This document shows, piece by piece, positions 62,706 to 64,000 of a stretch of 64,000 nucleotides of DNA; positions within the stretch are counted from its first letter, which is position 1; each line of letters begins with the position of its first letter. The stretch comes from Felis catus (lineage: Eukaryota): contig NC_058368.1 in the NCBI RefSeq assembly GCF_018350175.1, positions 159,156,001 through 159,220,000 of the forward strand, in the 5' to 3' direction. A model generated the notes under the pieces. It was not told the origin of the DNA. It was given only the letters and a program-made list of their open reading frames with translations, and made no database searches. The translations under genes were made by a program, and so were the position numbers.

Positions 62706-64000
62706 GAAAAGTGTTTTCATTTGGAAATTCCTTAAAACTTTATTATTTCTTTATAGACTGGTTAGTTGTCACAGGAAGTAATTGCAGCCTCCTATCTTGA
62801 AAATATTATCCTGGCTGCCAGGTTTCTTGGAGAAGGAAGAGGAAAGGAAACCAGTACAATATATAGAATTCTTTTTTTTTAATGAGATAAAATTTATATA
62901 TAAGAAAATGCACAGATTTTACATGTAGAGTCCAATGACTCTCATAAAAAGTTAAGATATCTGTAACCTCTCCCTCAAATACAGAATTTATTCATCACCC
63001 TAGAAAGTTCCCTGTTGTCCCTGGCTCATCGGTTGCGTCTGCACAGAGGTAACTTCCATGCTGATTTCTATTTACCTGAACACTATAAGCTTAGCTTTCT
63101 TTTTTCTTCAGCTCATCAATTTAGTTGCCACTTGTCTCTCTGCTTTCTAAGGTTTCAAAATTGTTTTACTGCCACATCTTATCCTGTTCTCTTTCTTTGT
63201 TAATTTTCTCTTTAAATGCTTATTTTAGTGCCATTTTTGTGAGAATTTAGAAGGAAGCAGAAGTAACCATGATTAACCTTATATTTCAAATACACTTTTC
63301 AAAGTAATGTCATAATTTGTCTCACCATATTTATTTAGTTATTGAGCCATTATTCTCATATTTAATTATACAAATGAGTTAAATCTTTTACTGTTCTAAT
63401 ATTGCCATTGCTCTTTTGAGAACCTGGGTAGATATTTTGGGCTTTTTTATAGTATTACTTTTACCACTCTAATCCTTTTGTGTCAGCCACAAATAATTAT
63501 CTTTAACGTTGTTCTATCACCATAATCTTTGTTTACAGCATTAAATAACTTTTTTGCAGATTGTTTTACTTCCATTATTATTCACATCTATTAATACTAT
63601 GCCATATAAAGAGTTATTTATTGGTGTAAGTACAAGATCCCTCTGAAGATAGCTCTTGGCTGACCTTGAATATATTACTGCATGATAAAGTGGGTTGTGA
63701 CATGTCAACACATTTATTTTCCTAGTATGACCATATGTTCTCAATCTTTATAAACCAAACTAGTAAAGATATTAATATTTTATAGCCATGCAAAATATAT
63801 CACCAAAACAAATTGATTATAATTTCTTTCATAGTAAGAACTATGTGATTTATCTATCACCTTAAGTATATAGAGATAGATATGTGATATTCTATAAATG
63901 CTTAAATTATTATGGCTTTAGGTTTCATCTTCATAATAAATATTCATGGTCTTGCTTCATAGATTAACAAACTGTGGCTTATGGAGATCATAATTGCTCT

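Overview
AT-rich, repeat-dominated mammalian genomic DNA. The tRNA-derived CAN-SINEs (young SINEC_Fc-like copies) and the LINE-1 type point to a felid carnivore, probably cat. I could not confidently identify any host protein-coding gene; the window looks intronic or intergenic. The main feature is a full-length, young LINE-1 on the minus strand (7007-12935) with a CpG-rich 5' UTR, an intact ORF1, an ORF2 broken by three in-frame stops, a poly(A) tail and a perfect 18-bp TSD. It inserted into the A-rich tail of an older CAN-SINE and split it by about 6 kb. The rest holds about 25 CAN-SINEs (several nested or rearranged), older L1 fragments (one with a twin-priming 5' inversion), L2 and MIR relics, MaLR/ERV solo LTRs, hAT DNA-transposon relics and microsatellites. 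Almost all other ORFs in the track are spurious. I found no convincing new biological system. The most speculative leads are an ORF0-like antisense ORF in the L1 5' UTR, a candidate 129-nt symmetric exon, and a few repeat-free segments that may be conserved regulatory elements. Repeat subfamily names come from recalled consensus sequences, not searches, and the boundaries of old repeats are approximate.
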